From Candidatus Poseidoniales archaeon (GTDB taxonomy: Archaea > Thermoplasmatota > Poseidoniia > Poseidoniales > Poseidoniaceae), in the NCBI GenBank assembly GCA_003602635.1, contig QQSJ01000061.1, positions 1 to 45,917 of the forward strand: a DNA stretch of 45,917 bases. The letters run 5' to 3'. The translations under genes were made by a program, and so were the position numbers. A model generated the notes under the pieces. That model had not been told where the DNA came from and did no database searches. It was given only the letters and a program-made list of their open reading frames with translations. Every line of letters starts with the position of its first letter. The stretch's first letter is position 1. This document shows positions 1 to 8,784 of the stretch, piece after piece.

Positions 1-485
1 CCGCTGCTCTCCTCGGTGCCGAACACGGCGACCTGCGCGAGGGCGTAGCCGTGTGGGACGTAATTCTCGAAGATGAACTCGCCACGGCCCGGACTCACGA
101 CGTTGGTGGGCAGGGATTCCGAGCCCTGTGGCCCGTAGGAATAGTAAGGGGAGATGACGGCGATCACCGGCACCTGCTCGCCGGCCTCGGTGTTGGAGGG
201 GAGCCAGTATGAGAGGTGTACTTCGGAGGTCGGTGGGCCGGTTTCCCAAATGTCTGAGGTGTCCACCTCAATGAGGGCTTCTTGCACGGGAAGGGCCGTG
301 TGTGGCCCGTCTTCGAGGACACGGCTGTAGGAGCCGGTCCAATTCCATTCGACAAGATGGCGGTCTTCGAGGCGAAGGCGGTCGTCGTCGTCGCCGTCTC
401 CTTCGGCCGACGGAGCATCGCTCAAACACCCCGAGAGCGGCATGCAGAGGACAAGCAACGCCAGCACCGCGGCACGCCCTCGCAT
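1..485 (-). CDS. CocE/NonD (S15, Xaa-Pro dipeptidyl-peptidase-like) hydrolase lipoprotein, N-terminal part; runs off the window
   Basis: Own translation from ATG at 485: MRGRAAVLALLVLCMPLSGCLSD... (lipobox LSGC), then VPVIAVISPYY and FIFENYVPHGYALAQVAVFGTEESSG, typical of the S15/CocE N-terminal core. Not in the ORF track because it has no stop in the window. Confidence 0.75.
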   Translation of the reverse strand, partial: MRGRAAVLALLVLCMPLSGCLSDAPSAEGDGDDDDRLRLEDRHLVEWNWTGSYSRVLEDGPHTALPVQEALIEVDTSDIWETGPPTSEVHLSYWLPSNTEAGEQVPVIAVISPYYSYGPQGSESLPTNVVSPGRGEFIFENYVPHGYALAQVAVFGTEESS

Positions 486-593
486 GAAGGGGCCTCGAGG
501 TTGCCCTTCATCACGCTGACGCCCTCCCCTGAACGCGTGCAAGGGCGCCCGTCAGACGGGAAACGTCAAGCCAGACCCGTTCGACCACGGACC

Positions 594-1181
594 ATGGGCG
601 CTGGTCCTGCCGAGGCCGGAAAGAAGTGGTTCATGCGCCAGTATTGGCGCTTGCAGCAATCGCAGAGCCTCATTTCGATGGGGTTCTGGTGCGTCACGCT
701 GACCCTGTTGATTTGGCCCTACGTGTCCTGGCGTTTCAACGCGGACACGCAATGGGCGGGCATCCCTGCCACCTACGTTGGCTTGGCGTCGATCGCCATG
801 ATGGTGTTGCTCACCGTGCTGCTCGTCGGTTACATCTACGACCAATTCCTCTCGTTGTGGAAGGAACATCAGAACGTCATCATCGAGCGGAACCCCTTCG
901 CGACCTACCTTTTGACGCCACGCGATGCCGTCATCATTGGGCAACTGTCGGCGCTGATGAAGACCATGCATCCTGATGACGAGCGCATTCAGGCCCAAGC
1001 CGAGTGGATGGAACGATGGCTGGCCTCCATGCCGGAACTGGAAGTGTTTGAGCGAATGGTGACCGAGCTTGACGAGCGCCTCGGCACACCGGTCCCCGAA
1101 TTCACCTTCCTGCCCGACGGCGCGGTCGAAGCTGCGCGGCAGTCCGCTGCTGCTCGGCGCAACGGTGACGAGGGGGCATGA
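594..1181 (+). CDS. Hypothetical membrane protein (2 TM)
   Basis: ORF 282..1181 trimmed to ATG 594, which has CGTCAAG 23 nt upstream. Two hydrophobic segments; ends 1 nt before the next gene. Confidence 0.7.
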   Translation: MGAGPAEAGKKWFMRQYWRLQQSQSLISMGFWCVTLTLLIWPYVSWRFNADTQWAGIPATYVGLASIAMMVLLTVLLVGYIYDQFLSLWKEHQNVIIERNPFATYLLTPRDAVIIGQLSALMKTMHPDDERIQAQAEWMERWLASMPELEVFERMVTELDERLGTPVPEFTFLPDGAVEAARQSAAARRNGDEGA

Positions 1182-1182
1182 C

Positions 1183-1731
1183 ATGGACTGGCCAAGCGAT
1201 TGGTGCCGCCCATCGCCTGAGGTGATCACCCGCTTGGCGGGACTCGAGATGTTGCTCCTCGATGTCGACGGCGTCCTGACCGACGGTACCGTCCTTCGAG
1301 GCGCGGACGGTTCGGAAGCGCGCCGCTTCTCGGTCATCGACGGTCATGGCCTCGGCATGCTTCGTGACGACGGCATGACCATCGGCGTGGTCAGCCGCGA
1401 GGCGTCCGAAATCACCCGCGGGCGAATGGAGAAGCTGCAGATGCCAGAAATTCACGTCGGAGCCTCGGACAAGGCCTTGGTCGTCGCAGACATTCGGGCG
1501 AGGCACAATCTTGGCCCTGGAACCATCGCGTTCGTCGGCGACGACATACCGGATCTGGCAGCCTTCGCAGAAGCCGATTTCTGCATCGCGCCAGCCAACG
1601 CACATCCGGCGGTGAAGGCAGCGGCGGACGTGGTGCTGTGCCGCCGTGGTGGCCATGAGGCCGTCCGTGAATTGGCTGAACTCATTCGTGCAGCGAAGGG
1701 CCTCGGGCCGATGGCTCACCTGTTGTCGTGA
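1183..1731 (+). CDS. KdsC/YrbI-family HAD phosphatase (KDO-8-P/KDN-9-P phosphatase-like)
   Basis: LLLDVDGVLTDG, RRFSVIDGHG, AFVGDDIPDL and GGHEAVRELAELI are C0 HAD/KdsC motifs. Confidence 0.9.
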   Translation: MDWPSDWCRPSPEVITRLAGLEMLLLDVDGVLTDGTVLRGADGSEARRFSVIDGHGLGMLRDDGMTIGVVSREASEITRGRMEKLQMPEIHVGASDKALVVADIRARHNLGPGTIAFVGDDIPDLAAFAEADFCIAPANAHPAVKAAADVVLCRRGGHEAVRELAELIRAAKGLGPMAHLLS

Positions 1732-2424
1732 TCAGGCTGGAGCGAGGCCGCGCTCGGCCACCACGTGTTCCAAGCGAGCCCAATCGTTCTCTGTGTCGAT
1801 TTCCCAAGCCTGCCATGGCCGCATGACGTAGGCGCCGGTCCGTCCTCCAAGCCTGCAGGCGGCGTTGCCCCATACCTCGCGGGTGGCGATGTAGAAGGCA
1901 CCGTTTTCCGCCACCCGGTCAGGAATGTCCTGGCGGCGGGGGCGATGTTGTGGATCATAGTTGAGCGGAGTGGCCGTGCCGTCCGTCCCAATCGACCATT
2001 GGAACACGTGATTTTCAACCACCGACAAGAGGCTGTCCAGACCTTCTTTGCTCATCTGCGTCAACGCCGCGTCGAGATCACTGGGCATGGTCAGCGGCGA
2101 CGTGGCCTGCATCAGCACCACGGTGCTGGCCTTCTGGCCTACGGGGTGGTGGGAAAGAACGTCGATCACCACCGGCTCTGTTCCCGCTTCGTCCGTGGCG
2201 AGGGCTTCGGGACGACGGTGGATTTGAGCCCCGCAGGATTCGGCTACGGCCAAGATCTCGTCGTCTTCGCTTGAGAGGACAACGTGGTCAATGCCATCTG
2301 CCGCCAAAGCTGCACGAATCGTCCACGCGATGAGCGGGTGCCCTGCGAAAGAGCGGATGTTCTTGCGCGGGATGCCTTTGGACCCGCCGCGAGCGCAAAT
2401 GATGGCCACGACGGACACGGTCAA
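1732..2424 (-). CDS. neuA: Acylneuraminate cytidylyltransferase (CMP-nonulosonate synthetase)
   Basis: IICARGGSKGIPRKNIRSFAGHPLI, QATSPL, RPRRQD, ENGAFY, EIDTEND. Start may be GTG at 2418. Confidence 0.92.
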   Translation of the reverse strand: MTVSVVAIICARGGSKGIPRKNIRSFAGHPLIAWTIRAALAADGIDHVVLSSEDDEILAVAESCGAQIHRRPEALATDEAGTEPVVIDVLSHHPVGQKASTVVLMQATSPLTMPSDLDAALTQMSKEGLDSLLSVVENHVFQWSIGTDGTATPLNYDPQHRPRRQDIPDRVAENGAFYIATREVWGNAACRLGGRTGAYVMRPWQAWEIDTENDWARLEHVVAERGLAPA

Positions 2425-2427
2425 CCC

Positions 2428-3303
2428 TCACTGAACGCGTCGGAGTTTGGCGCGCATCGGGACTTCTTCGTCGTAGACGCGCTTGACGCCGTCGCCGAGG
2501 GCCACTTCGAACGCTCTGACGTCGCGCACGAGTTTCTGCAGGCCTGGCACTTCCAAACTGGCCGCGTGATCGCTGCCGCGCATCGCCCGGTCAAGCGTGA
2601 AGTGACGCTCCAGAACCTTCGCGCCCATCGCCACAGCGGCGATGTCGATGGCGATGCCTTGGTGATGGCCAGAGAACCCGAGGATGAAGTCCGGGTACCG
2701 CTCTTGGAGGGTGGCCATGTACGCGAGGTTGAGTTGTTCGAACTTCGCAGGATACGTCGAAGTGCAGTGGAACATCACCTTTGGCTGCGCAGAGGAGCGA
2801 AGCCATTCCGCGCAGGTGTGGATTTCTTCTTCCGTGCTCATTCCAGTGGACATCATCATCGGGACGTCAGCAGCAAGCATGGCCTGGACGGTTTCCTGAT
2901 CGGTGATGCTGGCGCTGGCGATCTTGAACATCGGAATGCCCGCTTCAGCCATCTGACCCGCGCTGACGGGGTCCCATGCCGATACGAAGTACGCCACACC
3001 GCGGCTGGCGGCGTGGGCCATGAGCTCCATGTGTTGCTCGACCGAGAGTTCGAGGGCGTCACGATGAGCCCCGTACGTGTCAGCAAATGCGTTCGGCGAA
3101 GCGTAGGGTCGGTCGTACTGTTCTGGCGTGAGCAGCGTCCTGGTGTGGCGCTTTTGGCTCTTGATGGCGTTGACGCCGGCTTCAGCAGCCGTGTCGATCA
3201 GCCGCTTGGCGATCTCCATTTCGCCCTGGTGGTTTTGGCCGATTTCGGCGATGATGTAGGTCTGCCCTGCGGTGACGGCTTCGGCGATGTCGCTGATGGC
3301 CAT
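2428..3303 (-). CDS. neuB: N-acetylneuraminate/nonulosonate synthase, short form without the C-terminal AFP/SAF domain
   Basis: YIIAEIGQNHQG, FKIASAS, MSTGMS, HCTSTYP, GFSGH, ERHFTLDR, GSDHAASLE. Start set at ATG 3303 (GATGATA 24 nt upstream). Confidence 0.92.
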   Translation of the reverse strand: MAISDIAEAVTAGQTYIIAEIGQNHQGEMEIAKRLIDTAAEAGVNAIKSQKRHTRTLLTPEQYDRPYASPNAFADTYGAHRDALELSVEQHMELMAHAASRGVAYFVSAWDPVSAGQMAEAGIPMFKIASASITDQETVQAMLAADVPMMMSTGMSTEEEIHTCAEWLRSSAQPKVMFHCTSTYPAKFEQLNLAYMATLQERYPDFILGFSGHHQGIAIDIAAVAMGAKVLERHFTLDRAMRGSDHAASLEVPGLQKLVRDVRAFEVALGDGVKRVYDEEVPMRAKLRRVQ

Positions 3304-3351
3304 GCTTCCGGGCACCGGACATGAGGTTATCATCCTGTGGACCGATGTGCT

Positions 3352-4533
3352 TCATTCTGCGTCGGTCCATGCTTCAGGCGCACCACCTTCGGCCAGCCAA
3401 CGCGCCAAAGAGGCCACTCGGACCCCATTCTTCCCATCGGCGCGGTGCCCCAACCGGGCAAATGCACGGTCACACGCCGCCTCTGTGGGGCGAAGGCCCT
3501 CGTCGAGGATGGCCATCAAATCCCCCGGTGAAAAGACGGCATCGCCCAACACGTCAAGCAACGCTTCCACCTCAGCGGCAGGAGCTGCACCGTCCTCCGG
3601 GCGGATGCTGTTGACAAAGGGCGTGCGGAACGCCAGCGCTGGGATGACGACCGAGGTGGCTGGAGACAGCACCACCTTCGCATGGCGTAGCAAGGGCAAG
3701 TAGAGGTCCTGGTCCAACGTCGTGATCACGCCGTCGGGCATCGAAATGGCCGTCCCTTGGCTCACTTCAACCGGATGTGGTTTGTGGACGAAGGCCAGGT
3801 CAGAGCGGTCTCCAAATCGGGCCAAGGCCTCTTGGAAAAGGGCGTCTGCAGGGCCCTTGACCGGCAAGCGGTGAGAGCCGAGCATCAGCACAATGCCCCG
3901 GTCCGCGTCGAGGCCAAGACGAGCGTGAACGTCGATTGAACTGGCGGCGTCCAACCCGTCCAGCGAGGGTGAACCCGTGATGATTTGTCCCTTGGCGGGT
4001 GCGCCGACGCCGACGTTGATGTCCCGGCAGACCTCGGACCACACCGCATTGGCGGTGCACCCCATCATGCTCCCCCTGTAGTCCAGCCATGGCCATGTGA
4101 GGGTGGGTGAACCGTGGTCGATGGAAAGGACCGGTATCTCCTCGCGCTGGGCCCAAGGGACGACGCTGTGCTTTGTCCATCCTTGGTTTGGAGTCACCAC
4201 AATGATCACGTCGGGGCGCCATGGGAGGCGCCCGCGGGCAGGTGGGAAAGGCACCGTCCAAGCGACGTCGTTCGAATCCATCTCTCCGCCGTCCGCGTCC
4301 TCCCACGACCATTCTGAGCCGCGGTACGTGTTTCGAGCCCACCTCAATCGGGCCCACAGGAAACCGTTGACCATGCGGCCGAGCTTGGTTCGCGCTTCGT
4401 AGGCGTGGGGGCCCGGGGTCGTGCGACCGATGATCATCAGCGCGTCGTCACCGCCCTGCGCAAGGGCCTCCAGAACCGTCGCCACGTGCTGGCGGTTGGT
4501 CGGAGCTTCACCGGCCACCACGAGCGCTCGCAT
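3352..4533 (-). CDS. GT-B fold protein, putative nonulosonate (sialyl/KDN) transferase
   Basis: Start MRALVVAGE at 4533 with GGAGGT SD and TATAAG upstream. IDHG, ITGSPSLD, VHKPHP and SPATSV resemble the HP and S/T-S/T motifs of bacterial sialyltransferase/glycerophosphotransferase-like GT-B proteins. Lies upstream of neuB-neuA. Confidence 0.55.
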   Translation of the reverse strand: MRALVVAGEAPTNRQHVATVLEALAQGGDDALMIIGRTTPGPHAYEARTKLGRMVNGFLWARLRWARNTYRGSEWSWEDADGGEMDSNDVAWTVPFPPARGRLPWRPDVIIVVTPNQGWTKHSVVPWAQREEIPVLSIDHGSPTLTWPWLDYRGSMMGCTANAVWSEVCRDINVGVGAPAKGQIITGSPSLDGLDAASSIDVHARLGLDADRGIVLMLGSHRLPVKGPADALFQEALARFGDRSDLAFVHKPHPVEVSQGTAISMPDGVITTLDQDLYLPLLRHAKVVLSPATSVVIPALAFRTPFVNSIRPEDGAAPAAEVEALLDVLGDAVFSPGDLMAILDEGLRPTEAACDRAFARLGHRADGKNGVRVASLARWLAEGGAPEAWTDAE

Positions 4534-4613
4534 GACCTCCCCGTCCACACGACGGCCTTCCTGCTTATAGCGACCCAAGCCTTGATGAACGCCTCCAGAA
4601 GGTCTTGCGCTGC

Positions 4614-5468
4614 ATGTCGGGTCGTTTTGCAGGCCTGCGGGAAACCTACCGCCGGGACGGGTTCGTCGTCGTGCGGGGTTTGCTCGACGTGGAGGAGGCG
4701 ATGGACCTCCGCCGTCGCCTTGTGGAGCATTCTGGCGTGACGGACGCTGATTTCGATGACGTCGAAAACGGGGTGCCCCGAAAATGGACCTCGCCGGGCG
4801 GGGTGGCCAAAACCCCAGAATTCCAACATCTGCTCTTCGATGAACGGCTGATCGAATTGGCCCGCGAGGTGCTCGGCCCCGAGGCGGTGTACCTGCACCA
4901 CAACGACTTGCATGCAGGGTATTCCTCACCAGGGTGGCACCGCGACAACGTCCACCGCACGTTCAGCAAGGGGGACGATTGGGACGAGGAAAAGGCCCCC
5001 TACCGATGCGCGCGCATCGCTCTTTACCTCCAGACGCATGCAGAATCCGGATTCAAATTCGGATTGATTCCTCGCTCCCATCGACGGGAATCGCGCTTGG
5101 TTCAGTGGGAACGGGGAGCGCCGCGTTTCTCGACCGTACGCCGCTTGGTGATGGGACAAGGGTTGGCCTTTGCACGGGCCCGATGGATCGCCACAGAACC
5201 CGGTGACGTGGTCATCTTCGACCACCGCGTCTTGCATTGTGGGGGTCGAACGCGTGGGCCGAAGTACTCCATCTACCTTGGAGCGGGCGTGCAAAACGAA
5301 CACTTCGACCGCCATTGGTCCTACTACCGTGACCTGCGGACTGACCTCGACTATCCAGAGGTCCCGGAGGCGTTGCAGGCACGTTTGCTCGACGAAGGGT
5401 TGTGGCCTTCAGAAGAGGTCCCCGCGCTCGGCCATGTCGACCACGCCTTCCTGCCGCCTGCGGCGTGA
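4614..5468 (+). CDS. Phytanoyl-CoA dioxygenase (PhyH)-family 2OG/Fe(II) oxygenase
   Basis: YRRDGFVVVRGLL, GWHRD (HxD), EPGDVVIFDHRVLHCG (distal His). Confidence 0.85.
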   Translation: MSGRFAGLRETYRRDGFVVVRGLLDVEEAMDLRRRLVEHSGVTDADFDDVENGVPRKWTSPGGVAKTPEFQHLLFDERLIELAREVLGPEAVYLHHNDLHAGYSSPGWHRDNVHRTFSKGDDWDEEKAPYRCARIALYLQTHAESGFKFGLIPRSHRRESRLVQWERGAPRFSTVRRLVMGQGLAFARARWIATEPGDVVIFDHRVLHCGGRTRGPKYSIYLGAGVQNEHFDRHWSYYRDLRTDLDYPEVPEALQARLLDEGLWPSEEVPALGHVDHAFLPPAA

Positions 5469-5528
5469 TGGGGGTTTGGCCGCCTCAGGGCCCACCACGC
5501 TCAAAGGGGTCGGAGCGAAGGCAGGGGC

Positions 5529-6764
5529 GTGAGCACCCGCCGCCTCTTCGCCGCAGTGCGTGACCTCGATCCACCAGGAGGTGGTGCGGAGCGTTCCTTG
5601 GCGGCCCTCCTGAATGGGATTGCGGTCCCCGGGCCAACGCTCGAAACCGCACCGCTGTTTGTGCCAATGTCGCCCGCTGCGGATGCTCCAACGCATCCTG
5701 CGTGGACGGTCCGCGCCTTCGCAAGCCACGATCGAGGCGACCCTATTGGTTTGCTCGAGCCTGAAGTGGACTTCACCACCACAGATCTCCCCATCGAAGG
5801 ATTCTGGTCGAAGGTGGCCTGGGGTCTACGGGAACGAAAGGGCGAGCGCCGAAGGAGAAAGTGGGCTCATGACCGGCACATCGGCCGGCGAAGCCCTCAG
5901 TTCGCCGCTCGTGTCGGCTCGTGGTTGGACCGGCAGGAGCACGCCGGCGGCATCGGATTGACCCAGCTTGAATGGGCGCCTGGAGCTGCACAAGCCTTCA
6001 CCGCCCGGGGCATGCCCTACGTCATGTTTGTTCGGGACGACACGGTGTTCCGCCTCGAAGAACGGTTTCGACCCGTGATGGAAGGGGCCGCTCTGGTGTG
6101 CGCAGCTGGAGAAGGCTTGCTCACCGACATTCGGTCCAGGTTTGCCATTCAACACGGCCACAGCGTGCCGCTGCCCATCGATTTCGGTGGACGCTTTGGC
6201 AGCATGGACGACGTGACCGCCCTGCGGTCGGCCGAGCAAGCGAAGCGCCCGGATGGAGCACCGCCCACGATCGGCATCATGGTGGTCACACCAGAGAAGG
6301 GGTTGCGGATGTATCAGCGCCTGCTGCCAAAATTGCTTGAGCGCTGGCCAGAGGCGGAAGTCCACATTGCAGGAGGGAGCGTGTACCCACAGGAGCTCGC
6401 ACATCATCCGAATGCGCGTGTGGTGGGACACGTGGACGCTGCGACCTTCTTCGCCGGAATCGACCTTCATCTCATCCTCTTCGAGACGACCGGATCATGG
6501 GGCCGGGTCATTGGCGAGGCGGGGTTGTTTGGGGTGCCAAGCGTGACCTCAGACGTGGGTTCGCAGAAGGAGGCCTTGGGCGAGGGGGGCCTTTTGGTCG
6601 ACGACGGCCATGATGCTGATGCTGTCATCGACGCCCTGCAAGCCGTGTACGCCGACCGTGAGCGCTACGGTGCCCTGGCCCGTGAGCACACCCGGATGGT
6701 GGACCATCGGCGTTCTGTGGCGGCCTTCCGCAGCGGGCTTGAGGCCCTGTTTGAAGGCCGTTGA
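5529..6764 (+). CDS. Glycosyltransferase family 4 (GT-B)
   Basis: GGGAERSL, PEKG, SWGRVIGEAGLFGVPSVTSDVGSQKEAL. Confidence 0.85.
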   Translation: MSTRRLFAAVRDLDPPGGGAERSLAALLNGIAVPGPTLETAPLFVPMSPAADAPTHPAWTVRAFASHDRGDPIGLLEPEVDFTTTDLPIEGFWSKVAWGLRERKGERRRRKWAHDRHIGRRSPQFAARVGSWLDRQEHAGGIGLTQLEWAPGAAQAFTARGMPYVMFVRDDTVFRLEERFRPVMEGAALVCAAGEGLLTDIRSRFAIQHGHSVPLPIDFGGRFGSMDDVTALRSAEQAKRPDGAPPTIGIMVVTPEKGLRMYQRLLPKLLERWPEAEVHIAGGSVYPQELAHHPNARVVGHVDAATFFAGIDLHLILFETTGSWGRVIGEAGLFGVPSVTSDVGSQKEALGEGGLLVDDGHDADAVIDALQAVYADRERYGALAREHTRMVDHRRSVAAFRSGLEALFEGR

Positions 6765-6803
6765 GCCGGAACCCTTGAGGGGGCCCGGCACGGCACCCCA
6801 ACC

Positions 6804-7607
6804 ATGGAGCCGGCGGAGGTTTGGGGTGAGCGATGGGCCGCCATGAACGCGCCCATCGCACGTCAATACATGACGGCGGCCACGCGTTCGCAAAGCCTGG
6901 TCTGCTTGGCTGCGGACCGAACCAAGATGAGCGATCTGCTGGCTTTGGTTCGCAGCGTTGGCCCTTCCCTGGCCGCCCTGAAAACCCACGTGGACGTCGT
7001 TGAAGATTGGACGAAGGAGGGGTGGGCCGAGGTTCGCGCGGCGGCCGACGAAGTCGACCTTTTGCTCTTCGAAGACCGGAAATTCGCGGACATCGGTGGC
7101 ATCACTCAGAAACAAATGCACGGCCTCTACGGCGTCGCTGAGTGGGCCGATCTGGTGACGGCGCACCTGATTTCTGGACCTGACATTGTGGACGGGTGCA
7201 TGGCCGCGTGGGCAGACGTTGGGCGTGACGGAGGGGTCCTTCTGTTGGCGCAAATGTCCAGCCGGGGCAACCTGCTTGCAGGACCATATTCGGATGCTGT
7301 GGTCGCCCACGGGCGCGGGCATGATGGTGTGGTGGGCTTCATCGGAAACGGAAGCCGACCCGAGGAACTTCGTGACTTACGCGGCCGTGTGGGTGAAGGC
7401 CGCATGATCTGGACGCCTGGCGTCAACCTCGCGGTTGGGGACGGAGCCATGGGCCAACGGTATGGACATCCACGAGAAGCGGTGTTGGCCGGTTCGGACG
7501 CCATCATCGTCGGTTCTGGCATCCACAAAGCAGAGGACCCAGTCGCGGCGGCCAAGGCGTATGCAGAAGCATCATGGCAGGCCCTCCTCGAACGGAGCGG
7601 AGCCTGA
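6804..7607 (+). CDS. pyrF: Orotidine-5'-phosphate decarboxylase (URA3/UMPS-like type)
   Basis: CLAAD, LKTHVD, FEDRKFADIG (DxKxxDI), WTPGV, GQRY. Confidence 0.95.
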   Translation: MEPAEVWGERWAAMNAPIARQYMTAATRSQSLVCLAADRTKMSDLLALVRSVGPSLAALKTHVDVVEDWTKEGWAEVRAAADEVDLLLFEDRKFADIGGITQKQMHGLYGVAEWADLVTAHLISGPDIVDGCMAAWADVGRDGGVLLLAQMSSRGNLLAGPYSDAVVAHGRGHDGVVGFIGNGSRPEELRDLRGRVGEGRMIWTPGVNLAVGDGAMGQRYGHPREAVLAGSDAIIVGSGIHKAEDPVAAAKAYAEASWQALLERSGA

Positions 7608-7846
7608 TGGACGCCGTCGACCTCGTCGGGTGGATCCTTGCGGCCATCTCGATTGCAGCTCTTGTGTGGATGGTGCGGTCGGCCGCGCTTCGCGACCAGG
7701 CCCTCGATGACCGAATTGCGGCCGGTGATCTGTCGCTGTTTGACGAAGGCAACCTCGACATCGAAGAGGTCGTTCGTGCTCCAGCCGGCTCAACGGTTCA
7801 ACCCGGTCGCTTGATGGAGCTTGGTCCACAGCCACCGTTCAGATGA
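7607..7846 (+). CDS. Small hypothetical single-TM protein
   Basis: TGATG coupling to the pyrF stop; N-terminal hydrophobic helix LVGWILAAISIAALVWMV. Confidence 0.6.
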   Translation: MDAVDLVGWILAAISIAALVWMVRSAALRDQALDDRIAAGDLSLFDEGNLDIEEVVRAPAGSTVQPGRLMELGPQPPFR

Positions 7847-8735
7847 CCAAAAGACCGGTTTGGTAGGCGTATCCAGCGCCACCTACCGCTGCAAGAACGA
7901 GCATCAGGAAGAAGCGGAGGCCCCACCTTCGACGCTTCTTCGGTGGCGAGGCCGCGCCGTTGATGATTTGCCTGAACTCATCAAACGATACCTTCGAATC
8001 TCCATCGGTGTCGCCAAGGTGGAGCATCTTCCTCACCTTCTCGTCCGTCACCTCCCCACTGTCCAAGCTCATCTTGTTGAGCGCAAACCTCAGTTCCTCG
8101 AGTTCAATGTAGCCCGACTTGTCCCTGTCGATCTCCGAGAAGACCACGCGCAGCTCGTCATCAGCAAATTCGGGCTCGGGCCCCTTCGCCTTTCCACCCT
8201 TTGCGAGCGGAATCAATTCCGCATCCTCGGCCACCGCGGGCAAGGGCGGTAACGGAAGATCAGGGAGCGGAAGGTCGGGGAGTGGTAGGTCCAGAGGGGG
8301 TGGCGTCCGGTCTGGGTAGAGCTCTTCGAGGTCTTCCAGCCCCGGTGCTGCGGGCACGGGTCCCTCAACGGCCGACCAAATGGCGTCAAGTGCACTGCGC
8401 GTCACCGGCTTCTCCAGCACCGCCACGGCACCGGCGCTGAAGCCTGCGTCCTTGGCGAGCGAAAGCATGCGGCGAGGCGCGACGAAGATGATGCGTTCGT
8501 CTCCCCCGTGCTCGCGCATTTCCAGCGCGGCGAGGTGGCCGTCCAGGGACGGAAGATCCAGAGCGAGCACGACCAATTCTGGGTCGAGGCGGATGTATTC
8601 GTCCACCGCCTCGTCGCCGTCTTCGCACACGTTGACGTCGAAACCGCGGCCTTGCAGCAGTTCTGTCATCCGCAGCACGTTCATCGGATTTGAGTCGACC
8701 AGCAGGACGGTCGGGGCGACGTCCGAGGCGGTCAT
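7839..8735 (-). CDS. Pseudo-receiver domain + Pro-rich linker + EF-hand pair + C-terminal TM anchor
   Basis: REC fold (VLLVDSN...DGDEAV...PELVVLALDLPSLDG...LEKPV); EF loops DRDKSGYIELEE and DTDGDSKVSFDE; tail PKKRRRWGLRFFLMLVLAAVGGAGYAY. Confidence 0.85.
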   Translation of the reverse strand: MTASDVAPTVLLVDSNPMNVLRMTELLQGRGFDVNVCEDGDEAVDEYIRLDPELVVLALDLPSLDGHLAALEMREHGGDERIIFVAPRRMLSLAKDAGFSAGAVAVLEKPVTRSALDAIWSAVEGPVPAAPGLEDLEELYPDRTPPPLDLPLPDLPLPDLPLPPLPAVAEDAELIPLAKGGKAKGPEPEFADDELRVVFSEIDRDKSGYIELEELRFALNKMSLDSGEVTDEKVRKMLHLGDTDGDSKVSFDEFRQIINGAASPPKKRRRWGLRFFLMLVLAAVGGAGYAYQTGLLVI

Positions 8736-8784
8736 GTCTCCAACCCACCGCGTGGCCCGCCATGAAGGATGCGCCGGTTCGGCC

